DNA of 64,000 nucleotides, taken from positions 138,655 to 202,654 of the forward strand of contig JACJYT010000003.1 of the NCBI GenBank assembly GCA_020635975.1. The letters are read 5' to 3'. Below the pieces are notes generated by a model, which ran no database searches, was not told the DNA's origin, and was given only the letters and a program-made list of their open reading frames with translations. Below, piece by piece: positions 9,041 through 17,466 of this stretch (within the stretch, counting starts at the first letter, position 1; the number at the start of each line of letters is the position of its first letter). The position numbers and the translations under genes were made by a program. This DNA is from Chitinophagales bacterium (GTDB taxonomy: Bacteria > Bacteroidota > Bacteroidia > Chitinophagales > UBA8649).

Positions 9041-10231
9041 TTAGGCTAATACTTTAGCCACTTCATCGGCTGCTTCTTTTAATAAAATTACAGGAGTAAC
9101 TTTCAAGCCACTAGCATCTATAAGTTCTTTTCCTTCTTTTGCATTCGTTCCTTGTAAACGAACGATTAATGGAACTGGAATATCTCCAATAGATTTATAG
9201 GCATCTACAATACCTTGAGCAACTCTATCGCAACGAACAATACCTCCAAAGATATTAACTAAGATCGCTTTAACATTTTTGTCTTTTAAGATTATTCTAA
9301 ATGCAGTTTCCACTCTTTTTGCATCAGCTGTTCCACCAACATCTAAGAAATTTGCCGGTTCTCCACCGCTTAATTTAATCATATCCATAGTTGCCATAGC
9401 TAAGCCTGCTCCGTTAACCATACAGCCTACGTTTCCGTCAAGTTGAACGTAATTTAAACCAGCCTCACCAGCTTCAACTTCCGTAGCATCTTCTTCCAAA
9501 ACATCTCTCATTTCAGCTAAATCTGGGTGACGGAATAAAGAATTTCCATCTAAAGAAATTTTTCCATCTACTGCAATTACTTGATTATCCGAAGTTTTTA
9601 GGCATGGGTTAATTTCTACCATGCTTGCATCACTCTTGATATAGGTATCGTAAACTGCTTTTAAGAATTTAGTCATTTCTTTAAAAGCTTGTCCTTCAAG
9701 ACCTAAATTGAAGGCCATTTTGCGTAATTGATAGCCTTGTAAACCTAATAAAGGATCAATAAATTCTTTGTTTACTAAATGCGGAGTACTTTCTGCAACT
9801 TCTTCAATATCCATTCCTCCTTCTGTAGAATAAATGAAAACATTTTTACCTGTATTTCTATCTAATAGTAAAGACACATAGAACTCTTTTGGTTCAGAAT
9901 CACCTGGGTAGTATACGTCTTGAGCAACTAAAATTTTATGAACTACTTTACCTTGAGGTCCAGTTTGACGATTGATGATTTTCATTCCTAAAATCTCACC
10001 GGCTTTAGATTTTACCTCATCTAAGTTCTTCGCTAATTTAACACCACCAGCTTTTCCTCTACCACCTGCATGCACTTGTGCTTTTATAACGTGCCAAGAA
10101 GTACCTGTATCTGCTGTTAATTTCTTAGCAGCTTCTACGGCAGCATCTGCACTTTCTACCATGATGCCTTCTTGTATTTTGGCACCGAATTTCTTCATTA
10201 ATTCTTTTGCTTGATATTCGTGTAAATTCAT
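9041..10231 (-). CDS. sucC: Succinate--CoA ligase (ADP-forming) beta subunit
   Basis: MNLHEYQAKELMKKFG..., GCMVNGAGLAMATMD, VNIFGGIVRCD; 396 aa. Confidence 0.95.
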   Translation of the reverse strand: MNLHEYQAKELMKKFGAKIQEGIMVESADAAVEAAKKLTADTGTSWHVIKAQVHAGGRGKAGGVKLAKNLDEVKSKAGEILGMKIINRQTGPQGKVVHKILVAQDVYYPGDSEPKEFYVSLLLDRNTGKNVFIYSTEGGMDIEEVAESTPHLVNKEFIDPLLGLQGYQLRKMAFNLGLEGQAFKEMTKFLKAVYDTYIKSDASMVEINPCLKTSDNQVIAVDGKISLDGNSLFRHPDLAEMRDVLEEDATEVEAGEAGLNYVQLDGNVGCMVNGAGLAMATMDMIKLSGGEPANFLDVGGTADAKRVETAFRIILKDKNVKAILVNIFGGIVRCDRVAQGIVDAYKSIGDIPVPLIVRLQGTNAKEGKELIDASGLKVTPVILLKEAADEVAKVLA

Positions 10232-10362
10232 TAGTATCGCTATTTTAAAAATTCGGTCAAAAATACATCCTTACAGTTTTAAAAACAATCAATTGGAGCT
10301 ATTTATTCAAAGTATGTAGATTATTTTTAGAAACATTGGCGCATTGTACTTACTTTTGTGCT

Positions 10363-11013
10363 ATGCTAAAGGCAATCGGAATTACTAAGAAATATGGCGA
10401 ACTAAGCGTTCTAAATCAAGTTTCGCTTGAAGTTAAAAAGGCGGAAGTCGTTGCTATAGTTGGTCGATCGGGAGCAGGGAAGAGTACCTTATTGCACATA
10501 CTTGGCACTCTAGATACAGCCGATTCTGGCTCTTACCATATAGCTAATAAAGATGTCTTTGCTTTAGACCAAAGGGAGCTTGCAGCTTTTAGGAACAAGG
10601 AAATTGGTTTTATATTTCAGTTTCATCATTTACTTCCTGAGTTTACGGCTTTAGAGAATGTTTGTATACCGGCTTACATTCAAAATACGCCGAAGAAGCA
10701 GGCAGAAAGTAGAGCTAAAGAATTGTTGCATTTTTTAGGTTTATCGAGTAGAGCGAATCACAAGCCCTCTCAACTTTCTGGTGGAGAACAACAAAGAGTA
10801 GCGGTGGCACGAGCCTTAATGAACGAGCCAGCCATTATCATGGCAGATGAACCTTCGGGTAATCTCGACACCAAGAATTCAGAAGATTTACATCAATTAT
10901 TTTTTCAATTAAGAGACGAGTTTCAACAGAGCTTTATCATTGTAACCCACAATGAAAGTCTTGCTACCATGGCAGATAGAAAATTGCAGATGCAAGATGG
11001 TAGCTTCATCTAA
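10363..11013 (+). CDS. ABC transporter ATP-binding protein, LolD/MacB-type
   Basis: Walker [10 protein letters not shown], signature [15 protein letters not shown], Walker [16 protein letters not shown] 10363 ([12 protein letters not shown]) is preferred over the non-ATG track start at 10336. A TACTTTTG box (10351-10358) sits just upstream. Confidence 0.85.
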   Translation: MLKAIGITKKYGELSVLNQVSLEVKKAEVVAIVGRSGAGKSTLLHILGTLDTADSGSYHIANKDVFALDQRELAAFRNKEIGFIFQFHHLLPEFTALENVCIPAYIQNTPKKQAESRAKELLHFLGLSSRANHKPSQLSGGEQQRVAVARALMNEPAIIMADEPSGNLDTKNSEDLHQLFFQLRDEFQQSFIIVTHNESLATMADRKLQMQDGSFI

Positions 11014-11022
11014 AATTATATT

Positions 11023-11985
11023 ATGAGTAAAAGAAATGATTTTTATTGGGTAGAAGAAAGAGAACCGCATTTAGAAAGACGTAGAGAAATTCTAAAAGCA
11101 CATCCCGAAGTGAAGCAATTATTTGGTAAGAATCCTTACTTACCTTGGTCGACGGTTATTTTGGTGAGTATTCAAGTTGCTGTTGGGATAAATATTCATA
11201 GAATTATGGATTTACCTTATAGTTGGATTTACTTTCTTTTATTGTCTTATTTTGTAGGTGCTACAATTTCTCATGCCTTATTCTTGGCAGTTCATGAAAT
11301 TACCCACGATTTAGCTTTCAAGAAAACGGCACACAATAATTTATTGGCTTACATTGCAAATATTCCGATTTTGTTGCCTTTTGCCATGTCTTTTAAAGAG
11401 TATCATGCCATGCATCATTGGGATCAGGGGGTAGATGGGATAGATGCCGATATACCTTTAGAAGGAGAGGCAAAGTTTTTTAGTGGTTTGTTGGGTAAAA
11501 TAGTTTGGTTTGTTCATCAGATAGTTTTTTATGCCGTGCGACCAATGTTTGTTCGACCGCTTAAGGTGAACAAATGGTTTGTTTACAATTTTATTTTTCA
11601 AGTCGGAGCTATGTTAATTATTCTTCCCTTTGCAGGCTGGTGGGGATTGGCATATTTTGTTTTGTCTTTGATTTTTGCGGGAGGCTTGCATCCAACATCT
11701 GGGCATTTTATTTCTGAGCATTATGTATTTCATGAAGGGCAAGAAACTTATTCTTATTATGGTCCTTTAAATATTTTGACTTTCAATGTTGGTTATCACA
11801 ATGAACATCATGATTTTCCGACAATTCCGGGAAACAAGTTGCCAGAACTTAAAAAGATGGCTCCAGAGTTTTATGATAATCTTCATTCTTATGACTCATG
11901 GACAGGTGTAATATTTAAATTTTTGTTCGATAAGAACATCTCTCTTTTCTCAAGAACGAAGAGAAAGAAAGTGGAAGAAGCCTAG
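11023..11985 (+). CDS. Sphingolipid delta-4 desaturase-like (DEGS1/Des1-type) membrane fatty-acid desaturase
   Basis: N-terminal DFYWVEEREPHLERRREILKAHPEVK (lipid-DES-like leader). Three His boxes: HEITHD, HAMHHW and FNVGYHNEHHDFPTIPGNKLP. The last is the block I remember as characteristic of eukaryotic dihydroceramide desaturases. Confidence 0.8.
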   Translation: MSKRNDFYWVEEREPHLERRREILKAHPEVKQLFGKNPYLPWSTVILVSIQVAVGINIHRIMDLPYSWIYFLLLSYFVGATISHALFLAVHEITHDLAFKKTAHNNLLAYIANIPILLPFAMSFKEYHAMHHWDQGVDGIDADIPLEGEAKFFSGLLGKIVWFVHQIVFYAVRPMFVRPLKVNKWFVYNFIFQVGAMLIILPFAGWWGLAYFVLSLIFAGGLHPTSGHFISEHYVFHEGQETYSYYGPLNILTFNVGYHNEHHDFPTIPGNKLPELKKMAPEFYDNLHSYDSWTGVIFKFLFDKNISLFSRTKRKKVEEA

Positions 11986-12896
11986 TCTTTTAATTTAATA
12001 TTAACCGGACTTACTCTTTTCTCTTTTTTTATTATAGGAAAAACCGCTCCGAAAAGAATATTGTGTTGAGAGAAGAAAAAGTGTTGACTAGCCTTATCTT
12101 CTTTGTATGGCGTGGTTTTTACATCGGGAAGATGAATGAAGCCTCCTTTTAATTCACTTTGAATATGAAAATAATTAAAGAAAGTTAGATTAACACCTAC
12201 TTTTAAAGTGGTTCCATAGCCTGCCAAATGGTATTTATCCCATTCTTCTCCACCCAATAGAACTACATCACTTCTAGGTACTAACGCGCCAAGGCTAATG
12301 CCTTCGCTTAGATTAATATCGAAAAATTTAGTTTTTAAAATTCTATCTACTCTGTTTATTTCAAAATGGACATAATTTAGACCATCGGTATGCTCATATT
12401 GCAGAAAAGAGGGGTAGAGGGTGATTTCGTCATCTTGATAGCTTCCATCAAATACGGTTGCTCCATCAATTTCGCCTTCTATGCTAACTTCTTGATAGTT
12501 TTCTACCACATATTTCATATGGTCTAAGCCAAAGGCAAGATTCCAATTGTGGTGGAAATAGTAGCCAATTTTAAGGTTGGTTTGCGGAATAGAAAGTCGA
12601 CTCGGATTTAAATAAACGGAGGCACTAAAAGGTGTATTTCTATCTTGCGCCTTAACATCGTACAAAGTGAAATCATGGTCTCTTCCCTTAAAGTGTATAT
12701 CCGATTTGGTATAATGGTCCCAATTCCAACCAACAAGTATGTACAACTTGCCTTTGTTTATTTTTTTATAATCGAAAGCAGGTAAAGCTTGCATGTCGGC
12801 AACTTGAGCTTGGAGCAGTACAAAGCTCAAAAAAACAAAGTGGAGCAAAAGAAGTTTTCTCATAGACATGACCGCTAAGTCTTGATATAATAACAA
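11982..12896 (-). CDS. Hypothetical outer-membrane beta-barrel-like protein
   Basis: The likely real start is the internal Met giving MRKLLLLHFVFLSFVLLQAQ (signal peptide). The sequence is aromatic-rich with an alternating hydrophobic pattern. No family recognised. Confidence 0.5.
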   Translation of the reverse strand: MLLYQDLAVMSMRKLLLLHFVFLSFVLLQAQVADMQALPAFDYKKINKGKLYILVGWNWDHYTKSDIHFKGRDHDFTLYDVKAQDRNTPFSASVYLNPSRLSIPQTNLKIGYYFHHNWNLAFGLDHMKYVVENYQEVSIEGEIDGATVFDGSYQDDEITLYPSFLQYEHTDGLNYVHFEINRVDRILKTKFFDINLSEGISLGALVPRSDVVLLGGEEWDKYHLAGYGTTLKVGVNLTFFNYFHIQSELKGGFIHLPDVKTTPYKEDKASQHFFFSQHNILFGAVFPIIKKEKRVSPVNIKLKD

Positions 12897-12961
12897 ATAT
12901 ATTCTTTTTAGATTAATAAAGAATAGTACGGCTAAAAGGATGGGCTTTTTATCTTTGTTAA

Positions 12962-13945
12962 ATGAATAGGAAGGTTTCTATACTGATGCCAGTTTATAAT
13001 GCTGCGCCTTTTCTAGTAGATTGTTTAAATTCTATTTTTTCTCAAGACTATGTGCATTGGGAGTTAGTGGCAGTGGACGATTTTTCAGAAGATAGGAGTT
13101 TAGAAATTTTAAAAGAAGCGGCTAAGAAAGAACCAAGACTTCGAGTGCTTCAGAATGAAAAAAAGGGGATTATTCCTGCCCTTCAATTGGCGTATTCTAA
13201 TTGCAATGGTGTATTTATTACACGGATGGATGCGGATGATTTAATGCCAAAAAGAAAGTTGAGCCTCTTGCTTTCTGCATTATTGGAGAAAGGTAGGGGC
13301 TATGTTAGTACCGGCTATGTAAAATATTTTGCCGAATTAGGCGTGTCTCAGGGTTATTTGGCTTATGAAAATTGGCTGAATCAGCTATGTGAGAAAAACT
13401 CGCATTTTGAGGAAATCTATAAAGAATGTGTAATTCCTTCTCCATGCTGGATGATGTATAGAGATGATTTTGAACAGATTGGAGCATTTGATTCTAGGAT
13501 CTATCCAGAGGATTATGAGCTTTGTTTCAGAATGTATGCTTTTGGCTTGCAGGTTCTAAGTCAAAAGGAAATTTGTCATTTGTGGCGTGATCATGCTAAG
13601 CGCTCCTCTCGAATAGATGAAAACTACAGCGATAATCGCTTTATTGACTTAAAAATTACTCAATTTTTAGCAATAGATTTCCGAGTCCAAAGGAGCTTGG
13701 TACTTTGGGGTGCGGGTAAAAAAGGGAAGTTATTGGCTCAAAAACTCATTCAAGAAGGAATTCCTTTTTTATGGATTTGTAATAATAAGAACAAAATTGG
13801 CAAAGAAATTTATCAGCAAGTAATGTTAGATGCAGCTACTTTGAACTTGGAGTCGAAGCAAATTATAGTTGCTGTAGCTTCACCTGAGGAAAAGAAAGAA
13901 ATTCAAGCTAAACTTGAAGGCCACTTGGCGTATTATTTTTGCTAG
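12962..13945 (+). CDS. Family 2 glycosyltransferase with a C-terminal Rossmann-like extension
   Basis: SILMPVYNAAPFL, AVDDFSED and RMDADD motifs (GT-A fold, DxD). The C-terminal LVLWGAGKKGKLLAQKL resembles a glycine-rich nucleotide-binding loop. Confidence 0.75.
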   Translation: MNRKVSILMPVYNAAPFLVDCLNSIFSQDYVHWELVAVDDFSEDRSLEILKEAAKKEPRLRVLQNEKKGIIPALQLAYSNCNGVFITRMDADDLMPKRKLSLLLSALLEKGRGYVSTGYVKYFAELGVSQGYLAYENWLNQLCEKNSHFEEIYKECVIPSPCWMMYRDDFEQIGAFDSRIYPEDYELCFRMYAFGLQVLSQKEICHLWRDHAKRSSRIDENYSDNRFIDLKITQFLAIDFRVQRSLVLWGAGKKGKLLAQKLIQEGIPFLWICNNKNKIGKEIYQQVMLDAATLNLESKQIIVAVASPEEKKEIQAKLEGHLAYYFC

Positions 13946-14083
13946 TGCTGCAAGAGGAGAGTGGTGGCTTGGGCTTCTAAAAGAAACGCGTAGTAGCTTT
14001 TGACTTGCTATAACTAAGATTTAAGTTGTGAGTTTCTTTCTAAGATTTGGTTTTTATGTTTGTTCTCCATTAGAAAATAGTTT

Positions 14084-14860
14084 CTAATATGGATAGGAGT
14101 AGCCATTCGGATAAACTTTTTCTAGAATTGGAAGCATTTCCGCTTTTGCAAGAGTTTTCATCTGTTCTAGTTGCTCCATATTGAATTCCTTAGGATCTAT
14201 AATTTTTGTCCAATATACATCAATGCTTCCTGGTCTTAAGGAAAGTAATTTTCTAGGCATAAGATCGGCCGCTCCTACAATGGTACAAACGGCAATAGGA
14301 ATTTGTAATTGAACACTTAAACTAAAGGCACCATCTTTAAATTCTTTAAGCAACTCTGAGGTGGTATTACAAGTTCCTTCAGGAAAAATTACCATGCTTG
14401 CCCCGTCTTTTAAATATTTAAACATGGTTTCCATGCTCCACTTTCTGCTTTCCTTTTGATCTCTTTGAACAGGTACATAAAGTTTTTTAAGTAAATATCC
14501 CAGTACTGGGTAGCGAAGTATTTCTGCTTTACCTATAAATTTTTTATAATTATTACTAGCAACAGCAGAAATGAGAGCATCTAAATAAGACATATGATTA
14601 CCCACTAAAATATATTGCTTCTTAGCATCTAGTAGTTCCATATTATGTACCTTAACTTTAATGCCCATTAGCACCAATACTATTTTACTAAAAATAACCG
14701 GAGCGAAATGCATTGCGCGATAAACTCCTTTGCTCGGAATGTTTACGCCAATTACTAAGATGGGAAAAACGATTATAAGTGCAACAACAAAGACTAGGCT
14801 GCACCAAAGGGTCCAGAATAAAACAAAAAGTTTATCTAAAATAGGGTTGCTGAGCTTCAA
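14084..14860 (-). CDS. 1-acyl-sn-glycerol-3-phosphate (lysophospholipid) acyltransferase, PlsC family
   Basis: N-terminal TM segment, NHMSYLD (HX4D) and FPEGT motifs. Confidence 0.8.
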   Translation of the reverse strand: MKLSNPILDKLFVLFWTLWCSLVFVVALIIVFPILVIGVNIPSKGVYRAMHFAPVIFSKIVLVLMGIKVKVHNMELLDAKKQYILVGNHMSYLDALISAVASNNYKKFIGKAEILRYPVLGYLLKKLYVPVQRDQKESRKWSMETMFKYLKDGASMVIFPEGTCNTTSELLKEFKDGAFSLSVQLQIPIAVCTIVGAADLMPRKLLSLRPGSIDVYWTKIIDPKEFNMEQLEQMKTLAKAEMLPILEKVYPNGYSYPY

Positions 14861-14886
14861 GTTAGGTAGATTGACTTGAAGTAAAT

Positions 14887-16386
14887 CTAACGAATTAACT
14901 TAATTTTTTCAACTATATCAAAAGATTGTCCGTCCTTGCCGCTAGCTTTTAAATGGAGTAGGAAAATACCACTGGCTAAATCTTTGTTTTTAAATTTCCC
15001 ATCCCAAGAATCTAAACTACTTCTTCCAATAAAAATTTCTTCGCCCCATTGACTGTAAATCTTGTATTCTAAGTCATTTATATCTCTAGTATAGACTTTG
15101 TAAAGATCATTTTGACCATCCTTATTGGGAGTAAAAGCCGTTGGAACATTTACCAGAGAGGAGTATATTCTATTTAATTGAAAGCTTAAGTTACTTGTAC
15201 AAGAATTGCTTAGGTCGCTTATAAGAAAGTAATAAGTTCCCTCATATTCAGCAAAAAGTTCTTCAGCTAAACAAGGAGCAAGACAAGTATCTCCATTAGG
15301 ATAAACAAGACTATAAGAAAAGGGATTGGTACCAATAATATCAAAAGTATAGGATTCTCCTGGATAAAGCTCTACGGAGTTTTGATAAAGACTAAAATTG
15401 CTTTTTGATATTTTATAGTATCGTTGAACTATGGAATCGCATAGGAAAGCATTTGGATTGGCAACTGGAATTTCTAGTAAGGTATCTTCATAAATCCAAA
15501 ATCCAAATTGAAATATGGAATCGCAACGCTCAATTGTATCGCTTCCAAAGCTTGGGGCTACCACTTCAAAAGTGAGACTTGAATCTATTGCACCCAAACA
15601 AGAATTTGGGTCGATTACGGTATAGCTAATGGTATAGTTACCCAATTTCCCTTGGGGATTAAAAAAGTTGGTATTTTCAATATCTCCTGACCAAGTTCCA
15701 CCTGACGTAGCATTGGCACTAAGAAAGTTGTTTAGGTTTAAAGGAGCTAGGTTATTACAAATTTTGCTAGGAAAGGTCCATGAAGCATTCAATCCATTAA
15801 AGATGGCATTACAGCCTGTATTGTAATAACTTGCTTGACCAGTTTCGTCATAATAGATGGCTGCTCCATCTCCACCAATAAGATCCGTAGGTAAATAGGA
15901 AACGGCTTGAACGCTCGTACAAGATGCATCCGAATAGCTTACTTGCAAGGTCCGAATGGAGGATGCTAAATTGCTGAAATGTCCGGAAGTATTTCCAGCA
16001 CATTGATAAGCAATATAGATAGTATCGGATAGACCTTCAAAAGAATTGGCATTAATAAGCATATTGGTAGAGCTTACAATTAAAAGTTTTTCTCCAGCTG
16101 GAACGATACCATTTGGTGCTTCAATCAAAAGTCCACAGCTCGATACTATGGTTTGATTTAGTGCTGCAGTTAGTTGGGCATCTGGGCACCATCCTAAGAA
16201 ATTATTGTTTGGCCAATCAAAAACTAGGTTGTTTAAATTTAAATCGGTATTTACTCGCAAGCTTACCATTTCATTTTCTCCTTCTGGATCTCCGCATGCA
16301 TCTGCTAAGATGCTTTCAACGCTAAAACATTGAGCAAAAACTCTGCCTAGAAAGAAGAAAGAAAAAAGTAAAAGAAAACTTCTCAT
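14887..16386 (-). CDS. Secreted protein with a type-B T9SS C-terminal sorting domain (gliding-motility-associated CTD)
   Basis: Signal peptide MRSFLLLFSFFFLGRVFAQ. C-terminus VPTAFTPNKDGQNDLYKVY...YSQWGEEIF...WDGKFKNKDLASGIFLLHLKASGKDGQSFDIVEKIKLIR. Confidence 0.8.
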   Translation of the reverse strand: MRSFLLLFSFFFLGRVFAQCFSVESILADACGDPEGENEMVSLRVNTDLNLNNLVFDWPNNNFLGWCPDAQLTAALNQTIVSSCGLLIEAPNGIVPAGEKLLIVSSTNMLINANSFEGLSDTIYIAYQCAGNTSGHFSNLASSIRTLQVSYSDASCTSVQAVSYLPTDLIGGDGAAIYYDETGQASYYNTGCNAIFNGLNASWTFPSKICNNLAPLNLNNFLSANATSGGTWSGDIENTNFFNPQGKLGNYTISYTVIDPNSCLGAIDSSLTFEVVAPSFGSDTIERCDSIFQFGFWIYEDTLLEIPVANPNAFLCDSIVQRYYKISKSNFSLYQNSVELYPGESYTFDIIGTNPFSYSLVYPNGDTCLAPCLAEELFAEYEGTYYFLISDLSNSCTSNLSFQLNRIYSSLVNVPTAFTPNKDGQNDLYKVYTRDINDLEYKIYSQWGEEIFIGRSSLDSWDGKFKNKDLASGIFLLHLKASGKDGQSFDIVEKIKLIR

Positions 16387-16428
16387 GAAGTGCTTTTCAT
16401 TTGAAATAGAAAATCACTACAAAGTTAA

Positions 16429-17457
16429 TTAGAATTTAGGGCAATTTAGATTTTCTCTATATCTACTTTTAGAGCTTGCTATCGTATAGATAAGGTATAA
16501 TTCAGGTCCACCCATAAAGTTGTGGGCATTTCTCAAATCTGAAGTAGTAATATCGTAGGCAAATCCGAAGTCAAAACTTTGGTATTCTGCTCTTATTCCT
16601 AAGATGAAGGCATCGCTTCCAAATTTATTCGCTTCGTAGGCAGAGAGTCTATACTGTCCGCCGGCATAGAGTGCAAAGTTCTTTCTTTCATTCAACATCA
16701 TCTTCACATAGGAGCCAAAATCTAATTCGGCGTGTGGACCTTGTTTTTGGAAAAGTAGGATAGGGATGATAGAGATTACGTCGTTTTTCAGATTAATTTT
16801 CGCGCTAAAATTAGCACTATATTTTCTGTAGAGGATGTCTTCATTGTTGTTACCAAAACTTACATTGGGTTGGGCTATATGAGATATTGCAAAGCCCGCA
16901 CTAACAGAATGTCTCTTATTAATGTTGGTGAAATAGTTAATTCCTGCACCAAAGTCTACAAAGGAAGTATTGTTATAATTGGCAAAGTCTATTGGGTCGG
17001 TATTATCGTTAATTTCAAATAGATTGCCATAAATCAAATTTTGTAGGTTAATTTGTTTGTTGTAGTACGCAGCTTGCATACCAAAACCTATATAATGTTT
17101 AACCTTCCTACCACCAAATTGTTGGTTGTAAGCTAAATTTAGATTGACCCCAGTATTCTTAAACTCACCTTCACCTTCTACATCTTGATAAAAGCCTAGT
17201 CCAGCACCTAGAAAATTTCCTTTTAGTTTGTTTCTAAACAAATTAGCATCGGCTGAAACAGCATAGGTAGCAAAGGTGGTGTATTTAAACCATTGGTTTC
17301 TATAGTTGGCGGCAAAGCGTATATTATCATCGAAAACTCCTGTTAGCGCAGGGTTTAAATTTAATGGTGATGCCCAATATTGTGAAAAATGGAAATCTTG
17401 AGCAAAAGCCAAACTCGAAAGGAGCAAGATATTTAGTGTTAGCAGCAATTTTTTCAT
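16429..17457 (-). CDS. PorP/SprF-family type IX secretion system outer-membrane protein
   Basis: MKKLLLTLNILLLSSLAFAQDFHFSQYWASPLNLNPALTG (the PorP/SprF N-terminal signature), ~340 aa with a beta-barrel-like pattern. It starts 9 nt after the giant adhesin stop. Confidence 0.85.
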   Translation of the reverse strand: MKKLLLTLNILLLSSLAFAQDFHFSQYWASPLNLNPALTGVFDDNIRFAANYRNQWFKYTTFATYAVSADANLFRNKLKGNFLGAGLGFYQDVEGEGEFKNTGVNLNLAYNQQFGGRKVKHYIGFGMQAAYYNKQINLQNLIYGNLFEINDNTDPIDFANYNNTSFVDFGAGINYFTNINKRHSVSAGFAISHIAQPNVSFGNNNEDILYRKYSANFSAKINLKNDVISIIPILLFQKQGPHAELDFGSYVKMMLNERKNFALYAGGQYRLSAYEANKFGSDAFILGIRAEYQSFDFGFAYDITTSDLRNAHNFMGGPELYLIYTIASSKSRYRENLNCPKF

Positions 17458-17466
17458 CTCAGTATT

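Noticed and set aside
12836-12845. My hand translation around 12840 seemed to show one extra G relative to the continuous 304-aa ORF in the track (a possible frameshift)
   Set aside because: The computed track shows an uninterrupted ORF 11982-12896. I treat the discrepancy as my own reading or indexing slip, so I kept the track coordinates and only note that the likely start is the internal MRKLLLL Met.
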